Positions 21,471 through 32,907 of a stretch of 62,777 bases of DNA are shown here, piece after piece. Numbering within the stretch: the stretch's first letter is position 1; each line of letters starts with the position of its first letter. Origin of the DNA: an uncultured virus (IMG/VR IMGVR_UViG_3300013137_002215) (lineage: Duplodnaviria; Heunggongvirae; Uroviricota; Caudoviricetes); the IMG/VR virus record IMGVR_UViG_3300013137_002215. One strand, given 5' to 3'. The translations under genes were made by a program, and so were the position numbers. Below the pieces are notes generated by a model. The model did no database searches, was not told the DNA's origin, and was given only the letters and a program-made list of their open reading frames with translations.

Positions 21471-21646
21471 AAAAACCTTTCTATTTCCCAAACATTTTGC
21501 TCTGAAGAATCTAACAGATCTTCTAATTTAGCTTTTGCCTTATCAAAATCATGAGGCTCACAACGTTTCATTAATACCAATATACTCTCTATTTCCTTCC
21601 ACATGTATCTTATTTCTTTTTTAAATTCTTTCGCAATATTATCCAT
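21458..21646 (-). CDS. hypothetical protein
   Basis: short ORF overlapping both neighbours. Confidence 0.5.
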   Translation of the reverse strand: MDNIAKEFKKEIRYMWKEIESILVLMKRCEPHDFDKAKAKLEDLLDSSEQNVWEIERFLCDM

Positions 21647-24041
21647 TTAGGCTCCTGAACATGCTTTTATTTTCTTCTAATTCATTATAGAAATTCTGAA
21701 AATTAGTATATCGCTTTTTAATAGCACTTCTAACAGGTGAAGTATTTAATATGTCCATTGAACCATAAATACTAAGAAATTTCTCTGCTCTCGTAAGTGC
21801 CGTATAAACCAATTCCTTAGAAAACATAATATTAGCTTCTCGTGACACAATAAACATTATATTTTTCATTTGAGAACCCTGATATTTATGTACCGTACAA
21901 CACCATGCCAAAGTAATCTGTTCTACTTCTTGACCTATATATGTTACAATATCGCCATAATAATTAACAGTTACTACCATATCCTTTTTATCTTCTCTTT
22001 GAGGATCAATAACCTTAATACCAATATCGGTAATTACACCTATATCGCCATTAAATACTTCTTTATCATAATTATTTTCCAATTGAATAACCCTGTCCCC
22101 AACATAGAATTTATGAAACTCCCTTTGTAAAAACCTGTCTTTAGTCCCATTATGTTCCATCATTATATTTTGAACCATTGAGTTCATAGCATCTACACCA
22201 CAATCACCCTTATATTTTGGAGATAACAGTTGTAAATCACTCAAGTTGCCGTTTTTCTTGAGATATTTCATTATATCAGATTCAACAACATTACATATGT
22301 CAGAATCAGCAGAAGAAATCCACCTCATGTCGGTAGCATTATCAGGAATATGAATCGTTTTACCATTAGAAATATCATTTGCAAGCACAGTAATATAGCT
22401 ATTTTCGTCCTGCCTATGAATTTTATCTAGTCGTATAATATTAGCGCAATTAACACTCATTAAATCAAATAAAAAGTTGCCTGGAGATACTGAAGGTAAT
22501 TGATTAGCGTCCCCAACTAATACAATATTTCCCCACATATTTTTCTCAAGAGCTAATGAGATAGCATATAAAGTATCAATTCCAACCATACTAAATTCAT
22601 CAACTATAACAATATCTTCCATTATACTTTCTTTAGGTATTGATTCATTAGGAACCATTCTTAAAGATCTGTGTATTGTAGCAGCATGATGACCGGTTTT
22701 TTCTGCTAAAACCTGAGACGCCTTACCAGTAGGACTCATTAAGCGAATTGCCAATCCTTTTTCATCTGCTATACTACAAATACACCTGCAAATAGTTGAT
22801 TTTCCAGTACCACCAGGACCAGTAATAATAGTAACCTTATGATTAAATGCGCTCATAATTGCTTGTCGTTGAGTTAAATCAAGCACTATATTACGATTAT
22901 TAAATTTAGTCACATCTTCTTGCGCCACATCTACATCATCATCTGTACATTTTTCAATTCTACTATGCTCTAAGTGTCTTCGTTTAAAAAACATGTTGGC
23001 TATTGCTTTTTCATGATTATAAACATGTTTCAAATAAATAAACGCTTCTTTGTTATTTAGATTCTGAATTGCTACAAATCCACTGTTTTCATTCCTAATA
23101 CATTGTGGAATTAACTTGGCATATTCATCAATATTTGTATTTATTTTATAGTCCAAATCACATGTTTTCAATAACTCAAGAACGGTATCTTTTAATATGC
23201 TATAAGGCAAACACAAGTTACTATTTTTTACGAAATTTTCTTTTAATACGTGATAAATACATGCTTTTGTCCTATAATCCATGGGCATATTAGGATTTAT
23301 TTTATAGGCAATAACGTCGGCGGTTTTAAACCCTATACCCTTAACCTCAATTACCCTATAAGGATTTTCTTTTAATATTTCTATACTTGCCTGTTTAAAT
23401 AAATCAAATATTTTTTGTCCTAAAGAAGGAGCTATATCGTGTTCTCCTAAAAAGATATATAATCTCCTCAAAAAAGTATCTCTATCCCATGCCTCTTTTA
23501 TCAATTTGAGCCTATCTTCTGTAATACCATTAATTTCCAATAGTTTCTCAGGAGTCTTGTCTAGCACCTCAATTGTTTCTTCTACGCCAAATTTCTTTAT
23601 TATTTCATTAGAACGAACGTCTTTTATGTGTGGTAGCATCATTAAATAGGTTCTTAATCCATCTATTGTTGTTGGACTATCTCTATAATAAAAATCAGAT
23701 TTAAATTGATTGCCATATTTTTTATTAGCAACGAATTTACCAACGAAAATATATTGACCACCAGCAGGATTTTCTCCAAAATTTAACATAGAAGTAGATA
23801 CAACAAATTGGTTAGGGTCTGCGCATTGTTCTACTAGGGGTTCCAATTCACTTCTATATTTATTAGACTCTTTATCTAAAGTACAATCTAAAATCGCATA
23901 TCCGCTATTTTCACTTCTAAAACGTATATAATTAACAAAACATGGCAATTCTAAATTATCTTTTTGTAATTCTTGCGGAATAGGAGAGTCATTAATAGGC
24001 TTTCTTTCGGTTTTATAAGATAATGGAGAAAAATCAACCAT
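21639..24041 (-). CDS. recD2: RecD2-like SF1B helicase
   Basis: HhH GIGFKTAD, Walker A GPGGTGKS, VDEFSM, GDANQLPSV, TVHKYQGSQ, YTALTRA. Confidence 0.93.
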   Translation of the reverse strand: MVDFSPLSYKTERKPINDSPIPQELQKDNLELPCFVNYIRFRSENSGYAILDCTLDKESNKYRSELEPLVEQCADPNQFVVSTSMLNFGENPAGGQYIFVGKFVANKKYGNQFKSDFYYRDSPTTIDGLRTYLMMLPHIKDVRSNEIIKKFGVEETIEVLDKTPEKLLEINGITEDRLKLIKEAWDRDTFLRRLYIFLGEHDIAPSLGQKIFDLFKQASIEILKENPYRVIEVKGIGFKTADVIAYKINPNMPMDYRTKACIYHVLKENFVKNSNLCLPYSILKDTVLELLKTCDLDYKINTNIDEYAKLIPQCIRNENSGFVAIQNLNNKEAFIYLKHVYNHEKAIANMFFKRRHLEHSRIEKCTDDDVDVAQEDVTKFNNRNIVLDLTQRQAIMSAFNHKVTIITGPGGTGKSTICRCICSIADEKGLAIRLMSPTGKASQVLAEKTGHHAATIHRSLRMVPNESIPKESIMEDIVIVDEFSMVGIDTLYAISLALEKNMWGNIVLVGDANQLPSVSPGNFLFDLMSVNCANIIRLDKIHRQDENSYITVLANDISNGKTIHIPDNATDMRWISSADSDICNVVESDIMKYLKKNGNLSDLQLLSPKYKGDCGVDAMNSMVQNIMMEHNGTKDRFLQREFHKFYVGDRVIQLENNYDKEVFNGDIGVITDIGIKVIDPQREDKKDMVVTVNYYGDIVTYIGQEVEQITLAWCCTVHKYQGSQMKNIMFIVSREANIMFSKELVYTALTRAEKFLSIYGSMDILNTSPVRSAIKKRYTNFQNFYNELEENKSMFRSLNG

Positions 24042-24042
24042 A

Positions 24043-25056
24043 TTAGATCTCTAGTATCACATAACCAACGAAGCTACGACCAATAGTATATACCAAGTGA
24101 ATAAACTTATTGTCATAAAGTGTTGCAAATGGGTAACTTAACTCGCTAGTAAGAGTATCTAAATTATCAGGAACATGATCTTCTATAACCAATGTTTCTT
24201 GCTCATATAAAGCGATATTGCCATTTTTAGCCTCATATTTATATCTACTTGCCACTAAGGGGTGTCTTAATGTTTTACTTGGATTATAAAACAAAATTAT
24301 TTCATCATCTTTTGCTATATATTTTGCGTCTATGCCACTATTAGGATTATCTATGTCTAATTCTTGCACTTTTATATTGGTATCAAATCTATTAATATTA
24401 GAATAACATATTTTGTTGATACCATGTGAAGAACGATAAAAAGCATGTATCCGCTCTTTATCATCTTGTATTAAGGCAGGTTGAATTATGCCTAAAGATT
24501 TTCTAGTAACAGGTCCAGAATATAATTGCGCGGTATATTCTTTTTTCTCTATTGTTATTGGAAGTGTTCTATTACTGAAACTTAATTTATTATTATTTAT
24601 ATTGTAACACTCAATGTAACTAGTCCAATCCCAAAATGTTTCTACAGATGAACCACAATATAGTTCATTTCCTACTCTAATTGGTTGTGTTTTTACTGCG
24701 CCATTCAATCCGGCAGGTAGTATTATGTCTTGTGTTTCATTACACATATTATCAAAAGTTTTTATATATGTTTGCCAACGATCACAAAAAAGTCCGACCT
24801 TATAAAACATCATTAAATTATCATCCAACGTAAACAAAACAGGATTCCAGTAGGGCGTACTATATTCTTTTTTAAGCTTTTTTAACTTATTTTGATGATA
24901 TAAATATAATGCCACATCGTCTTTACCTTCATAAGATCCACCAAACCAAGAAACAACATAGTCATCGTTATATATAGCAATAGAAGCAGCATGACAAGAT
25001 CTGGTTTCGGGCAATAAAATAGATTTATGCAATATTTTCACTATTATATTATACAC
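24043..25056 (-). CDS. BNR-repeat sialidase/neuraminidase-like protein
   Basis: CHAASI, WFGGSYEG, WNPVL, IQPAL, NPNSGID, SYP; true start may be GTG near 25041. Confidence 0.75.
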   Translation of the reverse strand: MYNIIVKILHKSILLPETRSCHAASIAIYNDDYVVSWFGGSYEGKDDVALYLYHQNKLKKLKKEYSTPYWNPVLFTLDDNLMMFYKVGLFCDRWQTYIKTFDNMCNETQDIILPAGLNGAVKTQPIRVGNELYCGSSVETFWDWTSYIECYNINNNKLSFSNRTLPITIEKKEYTAQLYSGPVTRKSLGIIQPALIQDDKERIHAFYRSSHGINKICYSNINRFDTNIKVQELDIDNPNSGIDAKYIAKDDEIILFYNPSKTLRHPLVASRYKYEAKNGNIALYEQETLVIEDHVPDNLDTLTSELSYPFATLYDNKFIHLVYTIGRSFVGYVILEI

Positions 25057-25070
25057 GAAGAATTAAAAAG

Positions 25071-25436
25071 TCAATGGTTATGTGTTTCAGAATGACAATT
25101 CAAACACAGCAGCTCACACTTTTTAGCTTCTTTAACTACCATGTCCCAATCATTCAAAATTCCACCATTATGAGATATGTCAAAACTTTTTTCTGATTGA
25201 TTTTTGTGATGAAACGATAATGCCTCTATGCACTTACTATACCCACAACGAATACAATGCCCACCCAACATTTTAACCAATAATTCTTTTCTTCTTTTTC
25301 TTTCAGATATTTCACTGGTTATAGGACGACAAACATAACAATATTTACGATCCCTACTTGTTTTTTTAGAGTTTCCAGAATCATTAACATACTTACGGGG
25401 TATTTTGTTTCCACACTTACGACAATATCTTGCCAT
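25071..25436 (-). CDS. HNH endonuclease
   Basis: CIRCGY...LSFHH...KCELLCLNCH. Confidence 0.8.
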   Translation of the reverse strand: MARYCRKCGNKIPRKYVNDSGNSKKTSRDRKYCYVCRPITSEISERKRRKELLVKMLGGHCIRCGYSKCIEALSFHHKNQSEKSFDISHNGGILNDWDMVVKEAKKCELLCLNCHSETHNH

Positions 25437-25439
25437 ATA

Positions 25440-26216
25440 TTATATTTCTATATAATCTCTTACTTTGCCTTCTATTTTTTTATCCCAAATAGTACCATAA
25501 TCAGGGTTTATTTTAACCAAATAATCTCTAACCTCTTTCCAATAATCGCGTTGAAATCGTGGCTTCAATATAATCTCACCCGTAATATCTTTATAATAAT
25601 TAATTGATTTATTCCAAGATTCCTTTTCATCTCTTAAGCCACTGACATGATGAGTGTTTCCCCAACGATAAATATAATGAGAGAAAAATCCAACATCTAT
25701 ATTCAGTATTTTAGCATTCTTTTCAAATTCTCTATCTTCACCCACAGAAATATTAGGATAACTTGTTTTATTCATATATTCTTTAGTAATAATAGCTTGT
25801 GAATGGAAAAGATTATTAGCTACTTTATAGTCAACATTATTAGTACTTATAATGGCATTTATAGCTTTGCCAATATCGTATCCTTTATGACTTTCCATTG
25901 CTTCTACTGACTCTTTAATACGATAAGGCATGTATAAATCATCATCATCAAACACACAAAAATATTCAGTGTTTTTTGATGCTAAAGTTTTTATATAGTT
26001 TCTTTTTTCACCCAAAGAATTAAATCTCGTTGGATTATTAAATATCCTTACATCGTCTTGTTTAGGAAGTCTTAATATTACATCTGGTTTGTCGTTTAAA
26101 ATAATCAATTCTTTATTAGGATAATCTTGATCTAAATAGCATTTTATAGCTTCTTCCAACAATAAAATGCGTCCATAACTGCAACATAAACAACTAACTA
26201 GTGGTTTATTCTCCAT
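25440..26216 (-). CDS. glycosyltransferase family 2
   Basis: QDYPNKELIILND, LGEKRN, FDDDD, GED. Confidence 0.85.
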   Translation of the reverse strand: MENKPLVSCLCCSYGRILLLEEAIKCYLDQDYPNKELIILNDKPDVILRLPKQDDVRIFNNPTRFNSLGEKRNYIKTLASKNTEYFCVFDDDDLYMPYRIKESVEAMESHKGYDIGKAINAIISTNNVDYKVANNLFHSQAIITKEYMNKTSYPNISVGEDREFEKNAKILNIDVGFFSHYIYRWGNTHHVSGLRDEKESWNKSINYYKDITGEIILKPRFQRDYWKEVRDYLVKINPDYGTIWDKKIEGKVRDYIEI

Positions 26217-27450
26217 CAGTCATCACCGCCCAATTATAATCAGAATTTAATATTGCTTCACTAACACTATTACAATCATTTAATGTCACATTTTTAATAT
26301 CTTTAATTCTATCTTCTATTTTTTTATGATTATCAAATAATAAACGCTCTATCATAAAACTAGTAGTGGACATAGTTGTTTCAGACACAGACATTAAAAC
26401 AGAAATTAAACTATTTTTAGCACATTCAAATAAATCATTAGAAATGCCGTCTTTTATAACTTTTTTAAATATATTCTCTGTTTCTTCTATAAATAAGCCT
26501 ATATGCTCTTTAGATGTTTCGCCACCAACACAATAAGAAATATGGTCAGGAAAAGCCATTGTTATATGGGTTAAATAAATACTATAACATAATCCTAGTT
26601 CTTCCCTTATTCTTTCAAATAATAAAGAATATGAACCACCACCTAATGCCCTTAAAAAGACACTTATTTCTGGAGCTTTTAAATCAAATAAAGACAACCC
26701 TCTAAAAACACGTCCCATATATGCTTGTTTTAGATTGTCTTTAACTATCTTTAAATAATTTTTACTATTTAGTGGTTTATTACGCCAAAATTCATCTGTA
26801 ACAATATTCCTTTTAGTTTTCTTCAAAAAATCATGTTGTGAGGGTATGTTTTTCTCAATACATTTACATAAATCAACAAAATCAATATCGCCACAACATA
26901 CAAATATTAAATTTTCATAACTTATTGAGGTTTTCAAATATTCAAAAATGTGATTTTGTTTTATGTTCGCAATTGTTTCAAAAGTACCAATTGTATCATG
27001 TCCTTTTTCCCAACAGAATAAATTATCGCCTATTTGATTATAGAAGTAATTATAAGGTTCATCTATGGTCATTTTCTTTTCTTCAGTTATTACATTTCTT
27101 TCTTTTTCAATTTCGTCAACAGGATAGGTAGAATTAAAAAACATGTCTAACATCAATTCTACGATATTAAACATGTTATAAGTGGGACAAGTTGCATGAT
27201 AAAATACTTCGGTATTTGAGGTGTAGGCATTGTGGTTTGCGCCATTTTTAGCAAAGATATAATTAATGTCTTTCCATGTTCTAGTAGTCGTTCCCTTAAA
27301 ATAAAGATGTTCTGCAAAATGACTAATTCCAGCATAAGGCGAATTCTCAAAATTACTTCCATTTAGTGTTCCAATACCAAAAGTAACTAGTTGGCTAGGA
27401 TGTGGGATATGAATTACCTTTATATTGTTTATAACGGTAAAATTTAGCAT
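26206..27450 (-). CDS. M16 family zinc peptidase
   Basis: GISHFAEHLYFKGT (HxxEH), NAYT, LFERIREELGLCYSI. Confidence 0.9.
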   Translation of the reverse strand: MLNFTVINNIKVIHIPHPSQLVTFGIGTLNGSNFENSPYAGISHFAEHLYFKGTTTRTWKDINYIFAKNGANHNAYTSNTEVFYHATCPTYNMFNIVELMLDMFFNSTYPVDEIEKERNVITEEKKMTIDEPYNYFYNQIGDNLFCWEKGHDTIGTFETIANIKQNHIFEYLKTSISYENLIFVCCGDIDFVDLCKCIEKNIPSQHDFLKKTKRNIVTDEFWRNKPLNSKNYLKIVKDNLKQAYMGRVFRGLSLFDLKAPEISVFLRALGGGSYSLLFERIREELGLCYSIYLTHITMAFPDHISYCVGGETSKEHIGLFIEETENIFKKVIKDGISNDLFECAKNSLISVLMSVSETTMSTTSFMIERLLFDNHKKIEDRIKDIKNVTLNDCNSVSEAILNSDYNWAVMTDGE

Positions 27451-27523
27451 AATTAGTCCCTTTTAATGCTGTTCTGTTAAATAGTCACATTGATTATACA
27501 TGTGAATATTAGAATTGCTACAA

Positions 27524-27558
27524 AAAATAAGGGGCAGATAAAAATCTGCCCCTTATTT
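27524..27558. terminator. intrinsic terminator
   Basis: aaataaggggcagat-aaaa-atctgccccttattt inverted repeat with A/T tracts. Confidence 0.85.
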
Positions 27559-27573
27559 AATATTCGTATTCTA

Positions 27574-28851
27574 CTACGAAGAACTTGAAGAACTACTCCA
27601 GTTTTCTATATAACTTGTAGAACTAGAACTTGAAGTAGAACTACTGCTGCTACTCTTTGAAGAACTACTGCTACTGCTCTTTGACGAACTTGACGAACTT
27701 GATTGTGAAGAACTAGAAGTAGAAGAACTACTAGAGCTAGACATTTCCTGATAGTAATTACCGCTAAATACTACATATATTTTTTGAGAACGAGTAACAG
27801 TACAATCATATGCAAACCAGCTTTCAGTCAAGGCGTTGAAGTCGGCTATAACAAAGGGTCTTCCATCAGCATCCAAACGTAACAAACGACCCCATGCTCC
27901 ACCAACAGGCCAACCCATATCTACAACATATAAGCAACCTGACGCATCGATATCAAATCCCTGAACGGCTTGATAACTGCAATTATCTGAATAGGTATAG
28001 CCATTTGCGGGATCATTCGTTCCTAAACTCTTACCAGATACGCCACTACCAGAGAAGCGATAAATCCAACCATTAGGCGTAATCTTTTTAATTATACGGT
28101 TTACAACTGTATCCAATACGAAAATATTGCCCTTAGCATCTGTTCTAACACCCGTTGGTTCACAGAAAGTAGGGATATATTTACTAGCTCTTACGTTGGT
28201 TGCATTTCCTGCCATTCCGTTTCCAGCAATCGTTAATACCTGTCCACCCTTCCAAATCTTTCTAATTGCGTGGTTTTGAGTGTCTGCAACGAATATATTT
28301 CCTGAACGGTCTACACAAATACCACGAGGACGATTAAAACGAGCATTTTTACCATCTTCTGCATCAAGAAATCCTGGTAAAGCTCCACCAGCTAACAGTT
28401 TGATTTTCCCATCAGATATTACTTTGATCGTATTGTTATTAGTATCGGAAACATAAATATTACCAGACCTATCAACACAAATACCTTGAGGACTATTAAA
28501 TGCGGCCCTATTTAATCCTGCAGTATCTTTTATACTTACATCAACTAGATTGCCAGATGTTCCTGGTAATCCGGCTATTAAAGTAAGTTTATTTTCTTCT
28601 TCTATCTTGTAAACTGCATGTACCGCTCCATCTACAAAATACACATTTCCAGATTCATCATGGCAAATGTTACCAACCTGAGAGCTGCCCATTGGAACTG
28701 CAGCTTGCCCAACAATATACGTAGAACCGGTATTTAAATCATTTGCGCCTTTTTCTTTTACTGAATCAAAAAATGTCTGAGTAAGGTTTACGCCAGCAGC
28801 AGCAGTAGCACCAGTATTACTCAAACTTAATTTACTTATAAGGTTAACCAT
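27574..28851 (-). CDS. NHL-repeat beta-propeller protein with poly-Ser tail
   Basis: repeated FNSPQGICVDRSGNIYVSDT-type units; C-terminal Ser tract. Confidence 0.85.
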   Translation of the reverse strand: MVNLISKLSLSNTGATAAAGVNLTQTFFDSVKEKGANDLNTGSTYIVGQAAVPMGSSQVGNICHDESGNVYFVDGAVHAVYKIEEENKLTLIAGLPGTSGNLVDVSIKDTAGLNRAAFNSPQGICVDRSGNIYVSDTNNNTIKVISDGKIKLLAGGALPGFLDAEDGKNARFNRPRGICVDRSGNIFVADTQNHAIRKIWKGGQVLTIAGNGMAGNATNVRASKYIPTFCEPTGVRTDAKGNIFVLDTVVNRIIKKITPNGWIYRFSGSGVSGKSLGTNDPANGYTYSDNCSYQAVQGFDIDASGCLYVVDMGWPVGGAWGRLLRLDADGRPFVIADFNALTESWFAYDCTVTRSQKIYVVFSGNYYQEMSSSSSSSTSSSSQSSSSSSSKSSSSSSSKSSSSSSTSSSSSTSYIENWSSSSSSS

Positions 28852-28970
28852 TTTAACTTCCTCCCATTAATCATTACGCATTAAATTAATTATTCTATAT
28901 TAATTTTTTATATCCTCTTTTATAATTTATTCTTTATTTTTACCCGTTTTCCTTTATAACTTGTTATTTT

Positions 28971-30200
28971 TTATGACGATGACGAAGATGAACGGCTTGT
29001 TGAACTACTAGTAGATACATTAGCTTCTGTTTCACTACTAGAACTTGAACTATTACTAGAACTGCTTGAACTACTTCTACTAGAAACTGAACTTTCTGAA
29101 CTAGATGTATTACCAATAGATTCACTACTATGGCTTGAACTGCTCGTGCTAGAACTACTGGAACTGCTAAATTCAAGTTTGTTATATTCAGATTCAATAA
29201 TAACCAATTTATTCATATGATCGACCGCAACAGAAACCACATATTGTCCATTATCTAATCCGTTCCAATCTAAAACATTTCCTGGACGACCCTCTCTATC
29301 TATTCTAACTAGTCTGCTTGGACCACCTTCGTTATAATCAATTATAAATAAATTCCCAGATTTATCTACATCTGAAAATCTTAAATATTGATATTTGCAA
29401 GTTTTGGCATACAAAGGAGAAGTACCTAAAGATCTTCCAAATGTACTATCGCCACTATATACTCTAACATTACCGGCCTGATCAATGCGCTTAATACAAT
29501 AATTACCAGTATCACCAACATAGATATATCCATTATAATCTACCGCAATAGATTCTGGACGAGTAAAACGTGTATTCACTCCAGAAATTCCTACTGCAGT
29601 TGTCATATCTGCCCATAAAGGTAGGTTTCCAGAAGTTCCACGTAATCCTGCAAAATTCTGTACTACTCCGCCTTTAATTCTTCTAACTGCATGATTATAT
29701 GTGTCTGCTACAAATAAATTACCTGCACTATCTATATCTATATCATAAGGACGATTAAATCTTGCCGCACTTCCAACACCATCAGCAGTTCCACTAGCAC
29801 CATTTGCAGCACCAGCAACTAAACTTACCTTGTTATTTGAAATTTTTCTTATTTGGTTATTGCCAGTATCACAAATATATAAATCACCATTTCTATCACA
29901 ACAAATTCCTCTTGGAGAATTAAAACGAGAAGCGGCAGCAGTTACAGTCTGATCCGTATTACTTCCAGAAGCCCCAGCTAATCCGCCAATAACACTTATA
30001 GCATCGTTTTGAGTTATTTTTAAAACAATATGACGCGACACATCTGTTACATAAATGTTTCCAGAAGGATCAATACATACTCCAGTGGCATTAACAGAAC
30101 CCTTCAATAATAATCCATATAATCCAGCTATATTACTGCCAGTTTGACCAGCACTAACAACATATCCATGATGAAAACTGACTACTTGATTGAAAGCCAT
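28971..30200 (-). CDS. NHL-repeat beta-propeller protein with poly-Ser tail
   Basis: FNSPRGICCDRNGDLYICDTGN-type repeats; Ser tract. Confidence 0.85.
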   Translation of the reverse strand: MAFNQVVSFHHGYVVSAGQTGSNIAGLYGLLLKGSVNATGVCIDPSGNIYVTDVSRHIVLKITQNDAISVIGGLAGASGSNTDQTVTAAASRFNSPRGICCDRNGDLYICDTGNNQIRKISNNKVSLVAGAANGASGTADGVGSAARFNRPYDIDIDSAGNLFVADTYNHAVRRIKGGVVQNFAGLRGTSGNLPLWADMTTAVGISGVNTRFTRPESIAVDYNGYIYVGDTGNYCIKRIDQAGNVRVYSGDSTFGRSLGTSPLYAKTCKYQYLRFSDVDKSGNLFIIDYNEGGPSRLVRIDREGRPGNVLDWNGLDNGQYVVSVAVDHMNKLVIIESEYNKLEFSSSSSSSTSSSSHSSESIGNTSSSESSVSSRSSSSSSSNSSSSSSETEANVSTSSSTSRSSSSSS

Positions 30201-30254
30201 TATAGAACCTCCGAATTGTTTTTTATTTCATAAATATAAATTACGAATCCTCTA

Positions 30255-30665
30255 TTATAATATATCCTCTTTTGTATTCACCCATTCAGGCTTTTGTAAT
30301 TCAATTAATATCTGTTCATAGGTATATTCATTATATTTCAAAAACACTGCCGGAACAGTTTCGTGTGCGTGATCATAAACAGAAAATTGTTTATTATAAT
30401 CTAAAACATCTGCAGAATAATCAATTTTAGTTACTTCTTTACCATCAACAGTTATCGTAGAAGTATTATAATCAACTACGCCTATTACGGGCTTAATATT
30501 GTTTTTGGTTGTTTTATATTTAATATATTTTAAAATTACCTTGTCTTCACCAGAAACAGTATGTCGTAAAGTATCCATAGATGTTTCTGCTGCATTTTCT
30601 ACCATTTCTTTTGTTACACTTGCAAACGGAACGATTATATAAGTAACAGTACCATGATTATCCAT
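30255..30665 (-). CDS. hypothetical phage protein
   Basis: ORF with SD-like GGGAA, within the structural-like block. Confidence 0.65.
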   Translation of the reverse strand: MDNHGTVTYIIVPFASVTKEMVENAAETSMDTLRHTVSGEDKVILKYIKYKTTKNNIKPVIGVVDYNTSTITVDGKEVTKIDYSADVLDYNKQFSVYDHAHETVPAVFLKYNEYTYEQILIELQKPEWVNTKEDIL

Positions 30666-30676
30666 AATAATTCCCT

Positions 30677-32857
30677 TTAACTAAATTTAGAATAATATTG
30701 GAAAGTAATATCTCCTAATAAGAAATCACCATCATAAGTATCAGATACATTTGTTCCATTACGCTTAAATCCAATTAATACCACATCATTAGTTCCATAA
30801 CCCGAAATATCAACTTCTTGAGAAACAACAGTAAAACTATTAGCGACACCAGCCACATTAGTAAATTGATTATAAACTGTTTCTGGCAAAGCACCAGCAA
30901 CTATCAATACAGCAGAGGCGTCAATTCTTGATACGTATGCAGTTGTGGAAATTGCACCGGTATTCGCACTACTAGCTATCCCATCAAAATAACATGTTAA
31001 TGGACTTGCAGTATCTATATCATAAGGAACTAAAAAGGCCGTAGTAATCTCGCTAACCATATTGTTATTAAAACTTGGAATTAATTGATAAGAAATATTA
31101 GCAGACATTCTCAAAGGAACATCTGAGGGTGGATAATCTACGCTTTTATCTAATCCTGCTGAATCAACATAAATTGTTTTCTTTGCTCTAAATTTACCCC
31201 ATCTTATAGTTTTGGCGCTAGTAGTAGAAACCTGATGTCCGTCGCCTCTAACTTCGCCACTTCTAAAAGTCATTCCAGTTACTAACGCACCATTATTTCT
31301 AAATCTTAAAGGATATAAATCATATCCTACTGTCCAATCAGGAACTTCGTCTAAAATGTTTCTATCGCTATTCCATCCACTTACAGTATCTACATTTTCC
31401 AGTACTTTTTGAGAAATTTCTACATAATGATCTTCCACGCTTTCAAATGGTCTATTACTACTTCTATCCATTGTTTCACGATTATATGCACACATAGTTG
31501 TAGATTGCCACGCAGAACCATCCCAATATTCTGCTACAATAGTGTTAGAGCCAACATTAGCAGCACTTAATATTTCCAATCTAATAGCGGGAAACGGATA
31601 TTTTGACCCGATAATTATAGCGTCATTATTATCCGCTAATTGAGAGCCTGCATAGTCAACATATTGAGTAAATCTTGAGCCAGAAGCGTTAGAAGCATTA
31701 TAATACCAATATTCAGCGATAGTATCTCCAAATTGATCTAAATAATAACTTCTTGCGTCTCCTACATTAAAAACAATATCCTCTTGTTCATAAGTAGCTC
31801 CTGGTCTTCCCATACCAAAAGCGCCTTCAAGATTACTTTCACCAACAAATTTCGCCCCATCTAATCCTTCATCATCAGCTACTATGTCAACTGTTGCACC
31901 ACTAACAATAGAACGCTTATATGAATTAAAATGTCCACCGGAAAATGAAAATCTTGCATTTGGAGATAGTATTTTAACGTCATAAACAACCGAATCTTCT
32001 ATAATTATTCCGCTAGATTTAAAATAAGAACTGCCTGTAGTATCTATAAAAATAGCATTATCGGCGCTTTCTATATGACATGAAAGAACGTCTATATATC
32101 CATCAGAATTTACATATACTCCATTAATACAATTATTGACAGCACAAGTAAACAAATATAATTGTGAATCGGTATCTTCACAATGATATGTATAAGTGGG
32201 GCGAGTTATGGTTCCAGTAACAGAACAATCCACACATGATAAAAACCCGCCATTAATACAACTTACGAACTTACTGAATACCTTAACAGTAGAAATTCCA
32301 GTTATATTATTACAGGTTATAGATCCGCCTTGAGATAATACACCTATATCACAATTATAAATTAAACAACGAGTTATTTCACTGTTTGTATATGTAGTAG
32401 ATTTATAAGCAACATTGGAAAAAGCATTAGCGCCATAAATAGTAAATCCATTTAATATAGAACTACCAGAAGCAGAAAACACTACTCCGTCGTTACTGGG
32501 AATTACTTCGGCACTATAATAATCTCCTTCAGCATAAAGAGTGACCCAAGGAGGAATAGCTATAGGATTATCTTCGGTATATTGTCCAGGAGATACTTGA
32601 ACCGCTACAGGATCAGCTTGTGTAGGAGATAAAGCACTTGCAAGAGCTATTCCTGTTTTAATTGTTGTTGCATCGGACACTCCATCTTTTGCAACCACTA
32701 TCGTTCTAGAAGAAGCGACTAAAGACTTTAATAAATTAGCGGCGGTTATTGATTTTGACTGCCATAATCCTCCACCCATACTTTTAGATAGAGGAAACAA
32801 ATCGGCATTAGCAACCGAAGAGACATTAGATAGTTCTGATATTTTAACATTAGACAT
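30677..32857 (-). CDS. putative tail fibre/spike with pectin-lyase-like beta-helix
   Basis: N-terminal KISEL, TIKTGI..A and VSPGQYTE helix cap, beta-rich repeats. Confidence 0.6.
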   Translation of the reverse strand: MSNVKISELSNVSSVANADLFPLSKSMGGGLWQSKSITAANLLKSLVASSRTIVVAKDGVSDATTIKTGIALASALSPTQADPVAVQVSPGQYTEDNPIAIPPWVTLYAEGDYYSAEVIPSNDGVVFSASGSSILNGFTIYGANAFSNVAYKSTTYTNSEITRCLIYNCDIGVLSQGGSITCNNITGISTVKVFSKFVSCINGGFLSCVDCSVTGTITRPTYTYHCEDTDSQLYLFTCAVNNCINGVYVNSDGYIDVLSCHIESADNAIFIDTTGSSYFKSSGIIIEDSVVYDVKILSPNARFSFSGGHFNSYKRSIVSGATVDIVADDEGLDGAKFVGESNLEGAFGMGRPGATYEQEDIVFNVGDARSYYLDQFGDTIAEYWYYNASNASGSRFTQYVDYAGSQLADNNDAIIIGSKYPFPAIRLEILSAANVGSNTIVAEYWDGSAWQSTTMCAYNRETMDRSSNRPFESVEDHYVEISQKVLENVDTVSGWNSDRNILDEVPDWTVGYDLYPLRFRNNGALVTGMTFRSGEVRGDGHQVSTTSAKTIRWGKFRAKKTIYVDSAGLDKSVDYPPSDVPLRMSANISYQLIPSFNNNMVSEITTAFLVPYDIDTASPLTCYFDGIASSANTGAISTTAYVSRIDASAVLIVAGALPETVYNQFTNVAGVANSFTVVSQEVDISGYGTNDVVLIGFKRNGTNVSDTYDGDFLLGDITFQYYSKFS

Positions 32858-32907
32858 AACAATTACCCTTTCTCAATATTTCAAATAAAATATGACAATT
32901 TCCTTTT

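Noticed and set aside
712..27362. Numerous short ORFs nested within the minus-strand genes
   Set aside because: Antisense or off-frame to well-supported genes, with no motifs or SD sequences
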